DNA of 64,000 bases. Source: Sphaerodactylus townsendi (Eukaryota). The position numbers and the translations under genes were made by a program. Shown one piece after another: positions 1 to 12,344 of this stretch. The first letter of the stretch is position 1. Each line of letters begins with the position of its first letter. The notes beneath the pieces are model-generated. The model ran no database searches. It saw only the letters and a program-made list of their open reading frames with translations, and was not told the origin of the DNA. Location of the stretch: NCBI RefSeq assembly GCF_021028975.2, contig NC_059434.1, forward strand, positions 23,188,001 to 23,252,000, given 5' to 3'.

Positions 1-1962
1 CCGGCTCCCAGAGCCCCTCTTACAGGAGCCAGCAGGGAGGCTGGGGAAGAGTGGGGCTCAGACGGGCGCCACCTGAGCTGGCCTGCAGGGAAGCTGGGAG
101 GGGGGAAGGGCTCAGTGGTGTGCAGCTGGGTGCACGCTGTTTCATCACGTGGAGGACGAAATGGCATGCGCCCGGGGACATGGGATACCCCATGTCCCCA
201 TTAGCAGTATGCCACTGCCCATATCCAAACAGAAAGCAAAGTTGGTCCATGATTTTACTGAGGACAGTGAGATCTGAATTGATGAAGTTTTCACTACTTT
301 TGACAAATGTGTATATATAGAAGAACTGGAAGACCTAGTTGGCTTTTGGCCTGGGGTCTAACAAAGTACTGACAGTACTATTAACACACTGTCATGTGTC
401 TATATTATCCAGAATGGCATACATTGCTGAATCAACCCAGTTGTTGACTTGATTCATTGTTCTGCTGGCTTAAAAGTGCTCTGCTGGACATTCAAAACTT
501 TTCCCTATCAAAGGCAATGATTTCTAAGCAAATAGTAAATTTCCCTAAGTTTCCTAAGATTTTTTTTAATGCTTTGGAATTCTCTAAATAGAGTAGTGTG
601 TTAAGGGCTTTTTCTTTAAAAAAAATTGTCATCATTCAGTCAATGGTTTGTCCTTGCCTTTTGTACAAGTCATTCTGGCAATATGTTCATGAACTATTCT
701 CATTTAAAAGAAAAAATGATTAATGTAACTTTTTTAAAAAGACCTAGTGGATAACTGATATTGTCACTGGAGAAAGCAGACTTCAAAAACTGTCACTTAG
801 AATTCTTATGTAACTACCAAGACTCCTAGGTTAAACCTTGCTTCACCTTTTACATGACTTTTAGAATTAAAAATTGAATTGAGGATTCAGGGCACTACAA
901 CACATACTTTTGAAACTTTCTTTTCAAACATACTGAAGATAAAGACATGGTTAATGTTGCTTATGTACATAGGGAAACAAAATTGGGGAAACATCCAAAA
1001 GAACGTGCAAGGGTATAAATTTACCATCAAATGTGTTTTGATGTTTATCATGTACTTAGCTCACTTAAGTTGAATAACTTGTTTTCAGAAATTATGTGCC
1101 ATGGGGTTCTGCTACTCAACGAGCATTGGTGAAATCCCTTTGGAGGTATTTGAATGTATGAACTTACCTGCATCCATCTTGTCCCGAAACATGGATCTAA
1201 CACTGCTTAAATACAATAAAGCTCTAAGGATTTGTTCTGTGACTGTGTTAATTACAACGACAAAATACCTCTTGAGAGCCTTGGACTGTCCTTTCACATT
1301 GTAGTGCAACTGCATAGAACTCATTCACCAACTTAAATTTGGTAATTTCAGACTAAATAGGAGTTGTATTAACAATTTCAGCTGTGACATGTTGCTGTTG
1401 TAGAAACAGCAGTTAACCTGATGGCTGTGACCTGCTTTTTCAAAATGTCTTTGGTATTTCCATATTGCAACTTCAGGTGTGCTTAAAGTCCTGTGGCTCA
1501 ACCTGAAAAGTACTGTTATTCCACCTAATCTGACTTTGGTAGACTGCAGTCTTCTATGTAAAACTGATATTCCACAAATAAACAGTATTTGTGTTTTGGT
1601 TTCAGAAATTGATTTCTTCGGCTCTGACTATCCTCATCTCTGATCTTGTAATGGAAAACTGTAGCTTTTTAAAGTAAATGTCTGCTGTCTTCAAAATTAT
1701 TTTAATGCATGGGTTGGATTGAAAGGATTCCTTTAAATTCTGCTTTGTATGAATATCAAATAATGCTCACAAGACACATGGCTCCCTTGCTATTATGAAA
1801 TATAAATATCATTCTTATGAACAGCCAGCTTGCTTTTCTTAGTGGTTTAAGTTGCCAAGTGTGGAACTTCTAACCTACTAGCAGAAGTTAAAAATTCTAG
1901 TACAGGGTATTTTGTGACTGATATGGTGAATAATACTTCTATGGTTGCAAACAGACACTATA

Positions 1963-2163
1963 TGTTGTCGAAGGCTTTCACGGCCTGAATCACTAGGACA
2001 TTGTGGCCGTGTTCCAGTAGTTTTTTCTCCTGATGTTTCACCTGCATCTGTGGTTGGCATCTTCAGAGGATCCTCTGAAGATGTCAGCCAAAGATGCTGG
2101 TGAAACACCAGGAGAAAATACTACTGGAACCCAGCCATACAACCTGGAAAACCCACAACATCC
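1963..2163. mobile_element. Penelope-like element remnant: inverted pseudo-LTR pair (palindrome centred on GGA|TCC at 2070/2071)
   Basis: ~67-bp arms; TGTCGAAGGCTTTCACGGC start shared with 28204 and 59535; CTGAAGA..GAAA cores. Confidence 0.75.
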
Positions 2164-2209
2164 TAGATACTGTATAGTTTGTGAAAATGCATTATCATTT
2201 GCTCAGCTT

Positions 2210-2296
2210 GAAATACCAGCCACAGATGCAGGTGAAATGTTAGGAACAAGATCTATCAGACCACAGCCATACAGCCTAGAAAGCCCACAACCAGTT
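2210..2296 (+). mobile_element. Penelope-like pseudo-LTR fragment
   Basis: Closely similar to 28305-28380 (GCCACAGATGCAGGTGAAA...AGGAACAAGATCTA...). Confidence 0.7.
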
Positions 2297-5185
2297 AAGC
2301 TGATGTTATCCGCCTCCTTTTTCAGGTGGAGGCCTCAGGTTGGAGCTTGAGGTCTGATTGGAGGCTTGTCTAAACCTAGTTAGGAAGTGAATGGCACAAG
2401 TCACCATTGAACTGGAGGGTGCCTAGGCTGATACTACTATTCATGCATGATTCTGAAGTTATTTATTTTTTTAAAAAAAACTTCATTTGAAGGGAGGCTT
2501 AAATAATTTAGTTTAATTTGAAGCAATGTTTTACAAGTCTGTACAAGAGAATTTTCCTTCAAGTGTTAGAAATCCAGGTTGTAGAGGCGCAGTTTGTTAT
2601 ACAGCACACAAATGAATTTAAAAGCAATCTTATTCAATGAAATTCCCCCACCCACCCAACAGCACAGCTTTTAAAAACACAATATGCAACTTTTATATTG
2701 TGAAAAAAATGAATGCTTCTCAGTTACAAAAGTGCAGATAAAAACACTGTAGAGGAATATGGAGAATGTTCGTTTTGGTGTAGTCAATCTTCTGGCTGTA
2801 CTTAGGACTGCACTGTAATAGGTACAGCTATTGCATGCATCCTTGACATTGAGTTCTCAAAGGGTTTTCAAATTTTAGGTGTGACACAGTGTAGTGCCCT
2901 CAGATGGTTAGATTAATAGGTGGAAAATTAACTGTCTGGTCTAATAGATTAACTGTGCCAAATCCTGCTACTGTAAATATTTACAAATGAGCTGTTTATA
3001 TGTACAACTACACATGAAGGGACATCTGATCTACCTCCTCCCTACTCCACTGAGAAGCTAGTCCATATTCTTACACAAGTGCTTTGGGTGTGTTCATGGG
3101 GAATCTTTGGATCCTAGCCTGAATAAGTATGCTATTAACAATCTGTACTGAAATAGTGTGTTACAATGTTGGACTAGGGTTCAGCACTGCCATGAATTTC
3201 ATTGGATGATCCTGAACCACTCCCTCTCTCATTTTAACCTACTTCACAGGGTTGTTGATAGGAGAAAATAGAAGAAGGGAGGCTTTTTACTGCACTCTTT
3301 AAGATTCTTCGAGGAAGAGTGGGAATAAACATGTGGCTGTGGCAACCGAAGAAAGGCCTTTCTTGAAGTTAAATCTCTAACATGGAATCCAAATACTCTG
3401 GGATAGTGCGAAACGCTTACAGCCCAATCCAGATGGGGTGGAGGGTGCGGGCTGAATGCTCACAGGGAGTGATGGAGGGCTGTGCTGATGTACCTGCCCC
3501 CTCCTCCAGCACAAGGGCCACTCCCACTGGTGGAGGGGGCAGAGGCACTGGTGCCTGGCTGCTCCTCAGCTCTGTTGCAGCAAAACCCAGAAGTCTGGAC
3601 CTCTGTGGAATCTAAATTGGAGGCTGTAAGCTACAGGCACCCTGTATGTAGTAGGAAATCATGGCCGACATAGGCAAATGTAACAAACACATTTTCAGCA
3701 CACACAATCATCTTATTGATTTTCATAGGTCCATTAATGTACTATGCAATCTGTCCTTATAGGCCACCGACTGCACCTGAAGCAACATCAACAATAGCAT
3801 TTATATAGTATATTTCAAGTGGTCAAAATACTTAACATACCGGTACATTGAAACAGTAATCTTTATAATAGCCCTAAAGCAGGTTGCTGTTACTCTCATT
3901 TTAAGAGCTTGTTATTTAAATATATAAATAGCACATTAAATGATTGCTTCTCACTTTTTAAATTGAAAGTGACAAAGTGATCTAGCATCAAGACAGAGTC
4001 ATTTCTCTCTACCGCAGCAGATAAAAAAAACTGTTACTTTGACTGTTTCAGCATGATATTTGAGCATATACAACCCATACTGAAATTAACCGTATATGTC
4101 ATCTATATCAGTTCTGGAATACTTAAATTGCAAGTACCGAATTTACATTTCTAGCAGTTCCGGGCAATGATGATACAAAACACCAAGCTTCTCTCACGAC
4201 AGAGTATAGAACAGTCATAAAATCACTGCTTTCCCCTACTCACTACAGCAGGGGTACAAACCCAGTGATTCAACTTATAAAGAGACAGTACAGGAAAGCC
4301 CAACATGTGATGGATTGATTCAATAAAGGAAGTCATAGCTTTCCGTTTGCAAGACCTGAGCTAGTATGTCAATAAAAGGACGTTGTGGAGATAATTAATT
4401 CACAGAGTCACCATGAGTCATAAGAGACTTGACAGCACTTCACACACACACAGAGAAGTTTTATAGGCAATTAAAAGTGAATTAATCTTTAAAAATTATA
4501 CACAGTACCATTAAGAACACTACTTAGTAATTTTGCAACGTACAGGGACACTTGCAACGTTCAGGAAGATTTCTTCATTAAAGAAGTATTCAGTCCTCAA
4601 AATAATCAGGAAGTAGTCAATCAGCAAAATATTTTATTTTTTGCCATGTATGGTGAGAGATGAAATAGATCTCTAGGAAGGATTCAATTAATCAATACAG
4701 ATTTCATTTCAAGCATGAATTTTACTTTTAATTGCCTATAAAACAACTGTCTTTTTATCTGTCTGAAATTTGGCAGGCAAGATTCCTTTCAGGGCATACA
4801 TCCAAATCAAATGGAAAACAAAGATGGCGCTATTAATGTTTCCCATTGAAATCAATGGGGGCAAACAACAGTCACAGCAAACAGAATTACGAAAAAAATG
4901 TTTTTGTAAACAATTTTGTTTAAAAAAATGCACATCTCTAATAATATAATTTTTGGAGCATGGGGCGGGAGCTGCTGATTAGGAATAAATTCAGAGTACT
5001 AAATGGAGTAGCTGATCCTGGATCACACTTTCTTTTCAGAAAAAAGTTATTTCTATCTGCAGGGATATATTTAACAATGCAAATTACTGTTACCAATAGC
5101 AAAACTCAGTTTTAAAAGTGGGTTTACACAGGTAATTTAAAATTAAAAATCCAAATCACAGAAAGCAGCAAGGGAAAGACACGAG

Positions 5186-5325
5186 GGCAGATTCCGCATG
5201 GGCCAAAAACAGTGGTGTGAAAACAGTGTGAAAACGGTGTAAACCCTTTTACACCATTTAAAACCATTTTACACCATTTCCACACTGTTTTCACACCACT
5301 GTTTTTGGCCCATGCGGAATCCGCC
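5186..5325. mobile_element. palindromic PIF/Harbinger-type MITE
   Basis: Near-perfect hairpin, TIR GGC(A/G)GATTCCGCATGGG; second copy at 60228-60338. Confidence 0.75.
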
Positions 5326-5396
5326 AAAGATATAAGGCACCTGGCTGGTCAGAAGGCTCCAACACTGTGCCTAAAGCTACTCACTACAGACTGTGC

Positions 5397-5533
5397 CCGT
5401 GGTGGCGAACCTTTGGCACTCCAGATGTTATAGACTACAATTCCCATCAGCCCCTGCCAGCATGGCCAATTGGCAGGGGCTGATGGGAATTGTAGTCCAT
5501 AACATCTGGAGTGCCAAAGATTCGCCACCACGG
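5397..5533. mobile_element. palindromic hAT-type MITE (GGACTACAATTCCCATCAGCCCC family)
   Basis: Near-perfect hairpin; same core as 12112, 12345, 40770 and 45925. Confidence 0.8.
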
Positions 5534-6403
5534 CCATAAAGCAAGAGTTCACAGAAGGGTCTGTATTAAACAGTTCAGCCAAGAAGCTAGTTTTTTTATA
5601 TAAATAACATTCAATTTTGTATCCTTTATTATGTAGCCATTTAAACATCTATAAGGGGTGTTATGCTGGAGGAAGGAAGTGCCCCTGCCTGTAACAGGAA
5701 GAGAACCTAAGCGAAGGCAAAATGGATTACCCGATAATCGGCAATCATTTTTAAAATACTTAAGTCTTTTACATTCAGTATGGCATGGTCACGGTCAGTT
5801 ATCTTCAGAATGCAGAGCATGCAGAAATGCAAAAGACAAAAGATGCCTCAATGCCTCTGGGATCAAAGGAAAGAGCTGAAAGATTCTCTCTCCTGATGGA
5901 GACTTGGAAAAATAAAAGTTGGAAAATGCAAGTAACTGCATAAAGCCTTTAGTAATAATTTCAGACCCATTAGTAATAATTTCAGACCCAATATAACAAA
6001 GTATACCAGGCTTGTGCCTAGCTATTTTACCGAAATGCAGTCTAATTTAGCATAAATAGCCATTTTAAACAAGCTCATTGACATGATGTAATATTGTTAA
6101 AATGCAGTATCTTGCATTAAAAAATCCAAATAATACTTCTACAAACTGCTGTAAAAAAAAAGGAATCCTTATCAAACATGCAACTCTTTAAACAGTGGAT
6201 TGTATCCTATCAGCTTTTCCACGGGCACAAGATGTGTGGTCTAACTTGATGCCCTTTGTAGTCCCACCCTATGTCCCATGATTCCAAGCACAACTTCCTT
6301 AGAGGTCAAAAGTAGCCCCTCTTTCCTCTTGCACAAATGGAAAAACTGATAGAATCCAACTCGATAAATACAAGGGTCTTTCAGCCATGTGCTGGCATTG
6401 CAT

Positions 6404-6607
6404 TTAATATGTATTACCACATGGATTAACTGAGGTTTGACAACCCATGTTGCGGCTCTTCACTGGAACACGGAAGAGAGTCCCGTCAAAACACATGCAA
6501 AGCTTGTAGCGCTCCCAATCGCCATTATTAAACTGTTCTCCATAAGAATAACTTGGCAGTCGGGTTGTATTGACTACCACGCTTCCATTTAGGATAATGC
6601 TGTTGTC
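6404..6607 (-). CDS. SGCB: beta-sarcoglycan exon 6 (DNSIILNGSVVVNTTRLP...DWERYKLCMCFDGTLF...MGCQTSVNPCGNTY*)
   Basis: Translated by hand (not in the ORF track): C-terminal cysteine cluster of sarcoglycans, CAG| acceptor, TAA stop at 6404-6406; 204 nt. Confidence 0.97.
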   Translation of the reverse strand, partial: DNSIILNGSVVVNTTRLPSYSYGEQFNNGDWERYKLCMCFDGTLFRVPVKSRNMGCQTSVNPCGNTY

Positions 6608-7019
6608 CTGCCAAAGATAACAAGTATGCAGAAGTTGGCAAACAGTATTTCCATACGAATAGACTAGTGTTTATTTTCATGTTTAAACACAGTAGCTGTT
6701 TAGAGCAACTAATATTGCCTTTACACAGAGTTAGACCAATCACCTCTTGACCAATATTCTCTATTCTCAATAGGAAGTGTTAACCCAAGGGTTCTAGCAA
6801 AAGCTTTTCCGTTCCTCTTTGAGATCCTTTTAACTGAGATATCAGGGATTAAATCAAGAACCTTCCATATGAGTTTAACGACTGAGCTGAGTAAACCTAT
6901 TGACCTTTTAAAGACAGGGTTACTTCACTGATTTGATGTTTGGCTACAAAGCTGCTAACGCCCACTGCAGCAGCCCTTGATTTCCCCCTGGGAACCATCT
7001 CCTTAAGAATGGTGCTGTT

Positions 7020-7520
7020 GAAGCAGATCATTGGTCCATCTAATGCAGCATCTCATCTCACACAGCAGTTAATCAGTGATTTGGGAGGTCCAGTCACAAG
7101 CTTTCCCTCATGTTGGTTCACTGCACTGGTACTGAATGTGAAGGTTCTGAATGTGAAGGTTCCCTTCAGTTTACTGAATGTGAAGGTTCCCTTCAGTTAC
7201 CATAGCTTGTAGCCACTGACAGACCTCTCCTCCATGAATCTAATTCCCCTTTTAAAGCTGTCCTATGCTTGTGGCCATCACTACATCCTCTGGCAGCAAG
7301 TTCCACATGTTGATCACTCATTGAGTAACAAACTATTCTGATGCTATCATCCATCAGCTTCACTGGATGACCCTTAGTTCTAGAATTTTGGGAGAGAAAG
7401 AAAAAAATCTCTGTCTACTCTCTCTACCCTTTACATCATTTTATAACCTCCATCATGCCTCCCATCAGCCCCTCCTCCTCTACTCAGTTTGTTCAGATCT
7501 GTCCCAATGACGAGAAATGG
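7020..7520 (-). mobile_element. CR1 LINE 3' fragment
   Basis: Reverse of typical CR1 3' text (GTGGAACTTGCTGCCAGAGGATGTAGTGATGGCC...ATGGAGGAGAGGTC). Confidence 0.7.
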
Positions 7521-8426
7521 GAAGGTCCAAGCCTCTCTGTGTGTGAGAGAGATAGCTGATTGCACTGCTCTCCTGTACTATAGATGGGGATGTCTTTGCC
7601 ATGAATATGGCAGCATTGACTCCTCCTGCTGTAGTGGAAGGGTGAGGCTAGCTCCCAGCACAAGAGGAGAAGGTAACTCCGGTGCCTGAATCTATCCCCA
7701 GTGGCATGGTGTAGGTAGGATCAAATCCCTGAAGAGAAAAAAATAAATACACCTACAACATGATCTGTAATATGTTACAGTTTCAAAGAACTTTTAGCCA
7801 CCAAGGTATTTTTAATGTTCTTGCTGTGCTTCTGGGGTTGTGGCAGCGGCATTTTTCACTGGATATTGTTTTAATTTTAGCTACAAGCCTTGAGTTTTGA
7901 AGAGGGACAATATAAATGCTTTAAATAAAACTCCATATACACACTGTCAGGAGGGTTGTATCTAGCTGATTGAGATGCATTCCTAACTCAATGTAGTTGC
8001 TACAACATATATATAACTATCCTGCTGTATGTTACTCTTCCCAGTTGGGACATTCTTTCCTTGATCTTTACTTTATGGTTTCACACACTGAGTAGATAAC
8101 TAGGCTTTCCCCTGTCACTTTGGTCTCATGAGAACCGGGATTGTTTCTGTTATCTCGTGGGAGCAGGACGCCAGGTGGCTTATCTATCACCGACCTTGGA
8201 GCGCCTCAGCTCCAAACTAACTGTTTCTCGCATTTCTTGGGAAAATGGGAGGGGGGACTAACATGGGGATAAAGGGGCTAGTAAATGGAGGTTTCACCAG
8301 AACTGGCTTTGTCAAGCTGGGTGCTTCAGTGCCTATCAATAAATGCTGCTGATCAACAACACAGAGTCTGCTTCAAGGTTCGATACCTAACACACACCAA
8401 CTGCAAGCTCCAAAAGAATTACTCAC

Positions 8427-8558
8427 AGCCCTGAGTTCCAGATCGCCTCCCATATGAAATTCGATTGATTTGCCCATAATGAAAACTCCTTCATTTCCAC
8501 GGACAACAGCACGCTCATCAGTTTTTATATTTAGATCACTGGTCGCATTGCTGGTAAC
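8427..8558 (-). CDS. SGCB: beta-sarcoglycan exon 5 (VTSNATSDLNIKTDERAVVRGNEGVFIMGKSIEFHMGGDLELRA)
   Basis: ORF 8373..8636 contains the conserved RGNEGV motif; CAG| acceptor, |GTGAGT donor; 132 nt. Confidence 0.98.
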
Positions 8559-9277
8559 CTGAGAAAAAGGACGAGAAGTATACAATATGGTTATGAAACA
8601 TAGTAACGGCTTTACAGAACAACCCCACCCCCACAAGCTGGACTAGAATAAAGGGCTAGTGTTAAATTTATATTTGACAGTGGCTGCCATTCTAATCATG
8701 TTTACTACAAAGAACACTTTATTCACACATGCAGAAGAACCTGGCAATGGAATGCACTACTTCAGAGTGAAAATGGTGTAATCTAGCCCTGAATCTTCTT
8801 TCCCACAAAAAAATCCAGGCAAACAGAAAGCTAGTCCAGCACGGAGGAAGGTTCTACCTCCTCTTTGCAGAGAGGTTTGTTTAAACACATAACAGAATAT
8901 TCTACAACATTCTCCTTTACATTTCCCCACTTCCTGTATCTGAATTGGTGTCATCCATTCTAGCTGCTCAGGTCTCTGCCATCTCATTCCATGAACACTA
9001 CCCTGAGCTCCTTATGGGAGGGGCATGATGAACATGTCAGTCATTCAAAGGAATGAGTGATGTCACCATCTGATTTGGAAATGATGGCTCATCTACTGTA
9101 TGCAAGTACATCTCAAATTGCTATTCTGCTGCGTGAATATGCAGACATACAGAAAATTAGCCTTATAATACATGACAGAGCCCAGCCATAGTGTAAAGAG
9201 CATTACAAGTTTAAAACTATAGACACGTTATGGAGATTGAAGAAGCAAGTAAACAATTCAGTAAAGATATTTTATAC

Positions 9278-9469
9278 CCTCTCGGTAGATGCTCTTTGGA
9301 CATTCAGAGTTTTTACTCCACTTGGCAAATGAAATTCATGAGTATTGTAGTCAGTGCTGAACAACGTGTTCTGTGTCCGTGGGTCAACAAATTCCATACC
9401 GATATCACTGGTAATTAAAGTTTTATCTGTTTCAATGCTGAGTTTTGTTTCCCCTTGCTGAAACACAAT
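9278..9469 (-). CDS. SGCB: beta-sarcoglycan exon 4 (IVFQQGETKLSIE...NVQRASTER)
   Basis: ORF 9272..9466 matches; AAG| acceptor, |GTATAA donor; 192 nt. Confidence 0.97.
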
Positions 9470-9560
9470 CTTAAAAACAAGTTAGGTAAATGTGTTAAAT
9501 ACAACAAAGGCAATTGACTACTTTAAGGTAACAGAAGGCACTGCAATTTAAAAATCTTAC

Positions 9561-9746
9561 TGGTTGGTTCTCTCCAACAATCACCAAATCTTCATTACGC
9601 CGGCCTCCCACTGTGCTCTTATACAACGGATGTATAATTCCCATGTCAGAGTCTTGCTTAAATCGCAGTAAGCCACTCTCATGAAACTCCATGCTGTCGC
9701 AGCCATTGGGCCCAATACGAATCACAGTCCAAATGACAAGTGTGAT
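9561..9746 (-). CDS. SGCB: beta-sarcoglycan exon 3 (ITLVIWTVIRIGPNGCDSMEFHESGLLRFKQ...GENQP)
   Basis: ORF 9495..9725 matches; TAG| acceptor, |GTAAGA donor; 186 nt. Confidence 0.98.
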
Positions 9747-10074
9747 CTAAAAGCAAAATCCAAACGTGATTTCAGACTTGAGATAAAGCCAGTGTTTAAA
9801 CCAGATACCTTTAAAAAGAACTCTGTTTAACTAGAAGGGGACTATAACACTTGCAGCCCACCAAGCTGGCTTTAGCATACTACCCAGGGCCAACATCAGC
9901 ATTAGGGTTGCCAGGTGCTTCTTGGTCACTGCTGAGAAATGTGGGGTAGAATTGCCAGGTTGGGAAGCTCCTAGAGATTTGGGGGAAGAGCCTGGGGAGG
10001 ACAGGTACTTTAGTAGGGTATACTGTCACAGAGTTCACCTTTCAAAACATCAAAGTCAAAAGATTTGCTCATGA

Positions 10075-10290
10075 CTTGAGTTTGATTCCCAATAGAAATT
10101 AGTTTCAGCTCAAGGTAGATTCAGTCTTCCAGCTTCAGTAAAATAAGTACCTAGCTTGCTGGGGGTAAAGTGTACACCACTGGGGATGGCAATGGCAAAC
10201 CACCCTGTAAGACATAGTCAGCCTAGTAAACGTCATGTTGTGATGTCACCCCAAGGGTCACTAATGACCCAATGTTACCTTTACCTTTAT
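10075..10290 (+). mobile_element. Sauria-type SINE
   Basis: GGCAATGGCAAACCACC body and ACCTTTACCTTT tail. Confidence 0.65.
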
Positions 10291-10839
10291 CCTACATAAT
10301 TACTTGAAACTAAGCCTGACTGAAAATAGTAGGATTTTCTTCCAAGTTAACAAGCACAGAACTTATCTGTAAAATATTTACCTGTGGGCTTTTCTTTCAA
10401 GCATATACTTTTTTTAGTGGTGGAGAAATGGAATAACATTATTTTAATTCTTAGCCTGATCATGAATGATTAACAAAGTATATAAGGAATAAAAGATGAA
10501 GACTGGTTAAACTGCAGCTACAGATATTACACTAAATTGAGGGGTGCATCAAATGAAGAAAAGGCTTTAATGATGAATTTACAGTACCACTTTCCCACAG
10601 AATGGGATGTTTATTATGAAACAGCATATACTTTATTAGCGTATAATTTATTATCCCAATGACCTAATTGTCTTGAGATCTTGCAGTATGTTTATTTCAA
10701 ATTGTATTTAGCTCCACAATGAAAAAAAGGGTTGGTTGATTGTCAATAACAGGCAGGCTTACAGTCTCCGACTCATTCCAAAGTAGTTAGCATTATTTCA
10801 TAGCTGATAATGGTTGACACAGTCAGAGAAAATAAGCTT

Positions 10840-11490
10840 AGATCTCAGAAGCTAAGCAGGGTCAGCCCTGGTTAGTATTTAGATGGACAACCGCCAAGGA
10901 ACACCAGGGTTCTGATATGGAGGCAGGCAATGGCAAATCACCTCCAAACATCTCTTGCCTTGAAACCCTACAGCAGTGATGGTGAACCTTTTTGAGACCG
11001 AATGCCCAAACTGCAACCCAAACCCCACTTATTTCTTGCAAAGTGCCAACCTAGCAATTTAACCTGAATGCTGAGGTTTTCGTTTAGGAAAAAAATGGTT
11101 GGCTCCCTCTTACTCTGCCCCACCCGCTCAAGCATGGGCCAGCCTGCTCTAGCCTCCAGCAAGTCCCGCGCGCACCGCTCTGTGCCTCTCTAGCATCTTT
11201 GCCTCTTCTGCCCTCCCCCCCGGGCAGCAGCCACCCAGAGTACAGGCACCAGGCCCGCCAGCCGAGTCCTCCCTGCTCACCATGGTGCGTGCACGTCATG
11301 CTCAGTGGCCCAGGCCAGCCTAGGTGGGTGTGTGGGGTGGGTGTGATTTTCCGCACCCCCCCACATGACGAACTCTGTGTGCGCATGCCCACAGAGAGGG
11401 CTCCAAGTGCCACCTCTGGCACCCATGCCATAGGTTCACCATCACTGCCCTACAGGGTTGCTATAAGTCAGCTGATTTTACAACACAAAG
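10840..11490 (+). mobile_element. 5S rRNA-derived SINE (5S-Sauria-like), split by a hAT insertion
   Basis: GATCTCAGAAGCTAAGCAGGGTCAGCCCTGGTTAGTATTTAGATGG resembles 5S rRNA boxes A-C; followed by GGCAATGGCAAA and an RTE/Bov-B-like tail. Confidence 0.8.
10974..11447. mobile_element. hAT non-autonomous element inserted in a 5S-headed SINE
   Basis: Perfect 16-bp TIR CAGTGATGGTGAACCT; perfect 8-bp TSD CCCTACAG (10966-10973 and 11448-11455). Confidence 0.92.
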
Positions 11491-12111
11491 AAAATGTGCT
11501 TAGCAGAATATAAGTGTAGTAGACTTTCAATAACTATGCTATTTTGGCTATTAAACATTAACAGTGGTTGTATATTGTTTTGTCTGAGTAGTGAGGATAG
11601 GATATTCTTTTACAGGATGTTTCAGATGACAGAACACTGAAGAGTTACAGTACCCTACATATATACAGGCTGAGCAGGGAGCCAGCAAGCACAGAGGTAG
11701 GTAATGCGCCCACCCTATCATTAGTCTCAGAGCAACAGCAATCCACTGTCTCTGGAATACTCTTGCTTACAACATAGGCTCCAAGAAGCAACATGTTCCC
11801 TTTTAGACCATGTGGTCTTCCTTTGCAAATGGGGGTACAATATCAAGCAAGCTCTAAAAATGTTCAGTTCAACTGGGTCAAATATACATAAACACATAAT
11901 AAGAGTGGAATCCATATTAAAATAAATGGCTGTTAGTTCAAATACCTATATGAAGAAATGGATGTACTGTAATAGCAATGCCAATCTGGAAAAAAAGGAC
12001 AAGGAACGCGTGGCTGCTTGGAGCCTAAATCCTTTCATATTCAAACTAAGCTGTTTACTTACCTGTGGCATATAGTTTGAGGAGGTGGGTTTAAATTTAC
12101 AATGTCTACAG

Positions 12112-12212
12112 CAGGGGAGGCCAACCTGTGGCACTCCAGATGTTCATGGACTACAATTCCCATCAGCCCCTGCTAGCATGGCCAATTGGAGTGCCATAGG
12201 TTGGCCACCCCA
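12112..12212. mobile_element. hAT-type MITE
   Basis: CAGGGG terminus; 8-bp TSD GTCTACAG/GTTTACAG. Confidence 0.8.
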
Positions 12213-12344
12213 GTTTACAGTTTCGGGAGCATGGGGGATGTTTTAACGCATCTGTTAAAGCAAACTCTCTTCCACACTCCAATATCAAAACAATACATGC
12301 AGAATAGAAATTTGACTTTGATCTTTAAATCCATTTGACTAGTC

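Noticed and set aside
1537-1642. Plus-strand peptide LVDCSLLCKTDIPQ, vaguely like the LRRC66 N-terminus
   Set aside because: Wrong strand for synteny, very short, no LRRs follow; probably chance.
10840-10915. 5S rRNA gene
   Set aside because: 5'-truncated, diverged, lacks the oligo-T terminator and continues into a SINE body.
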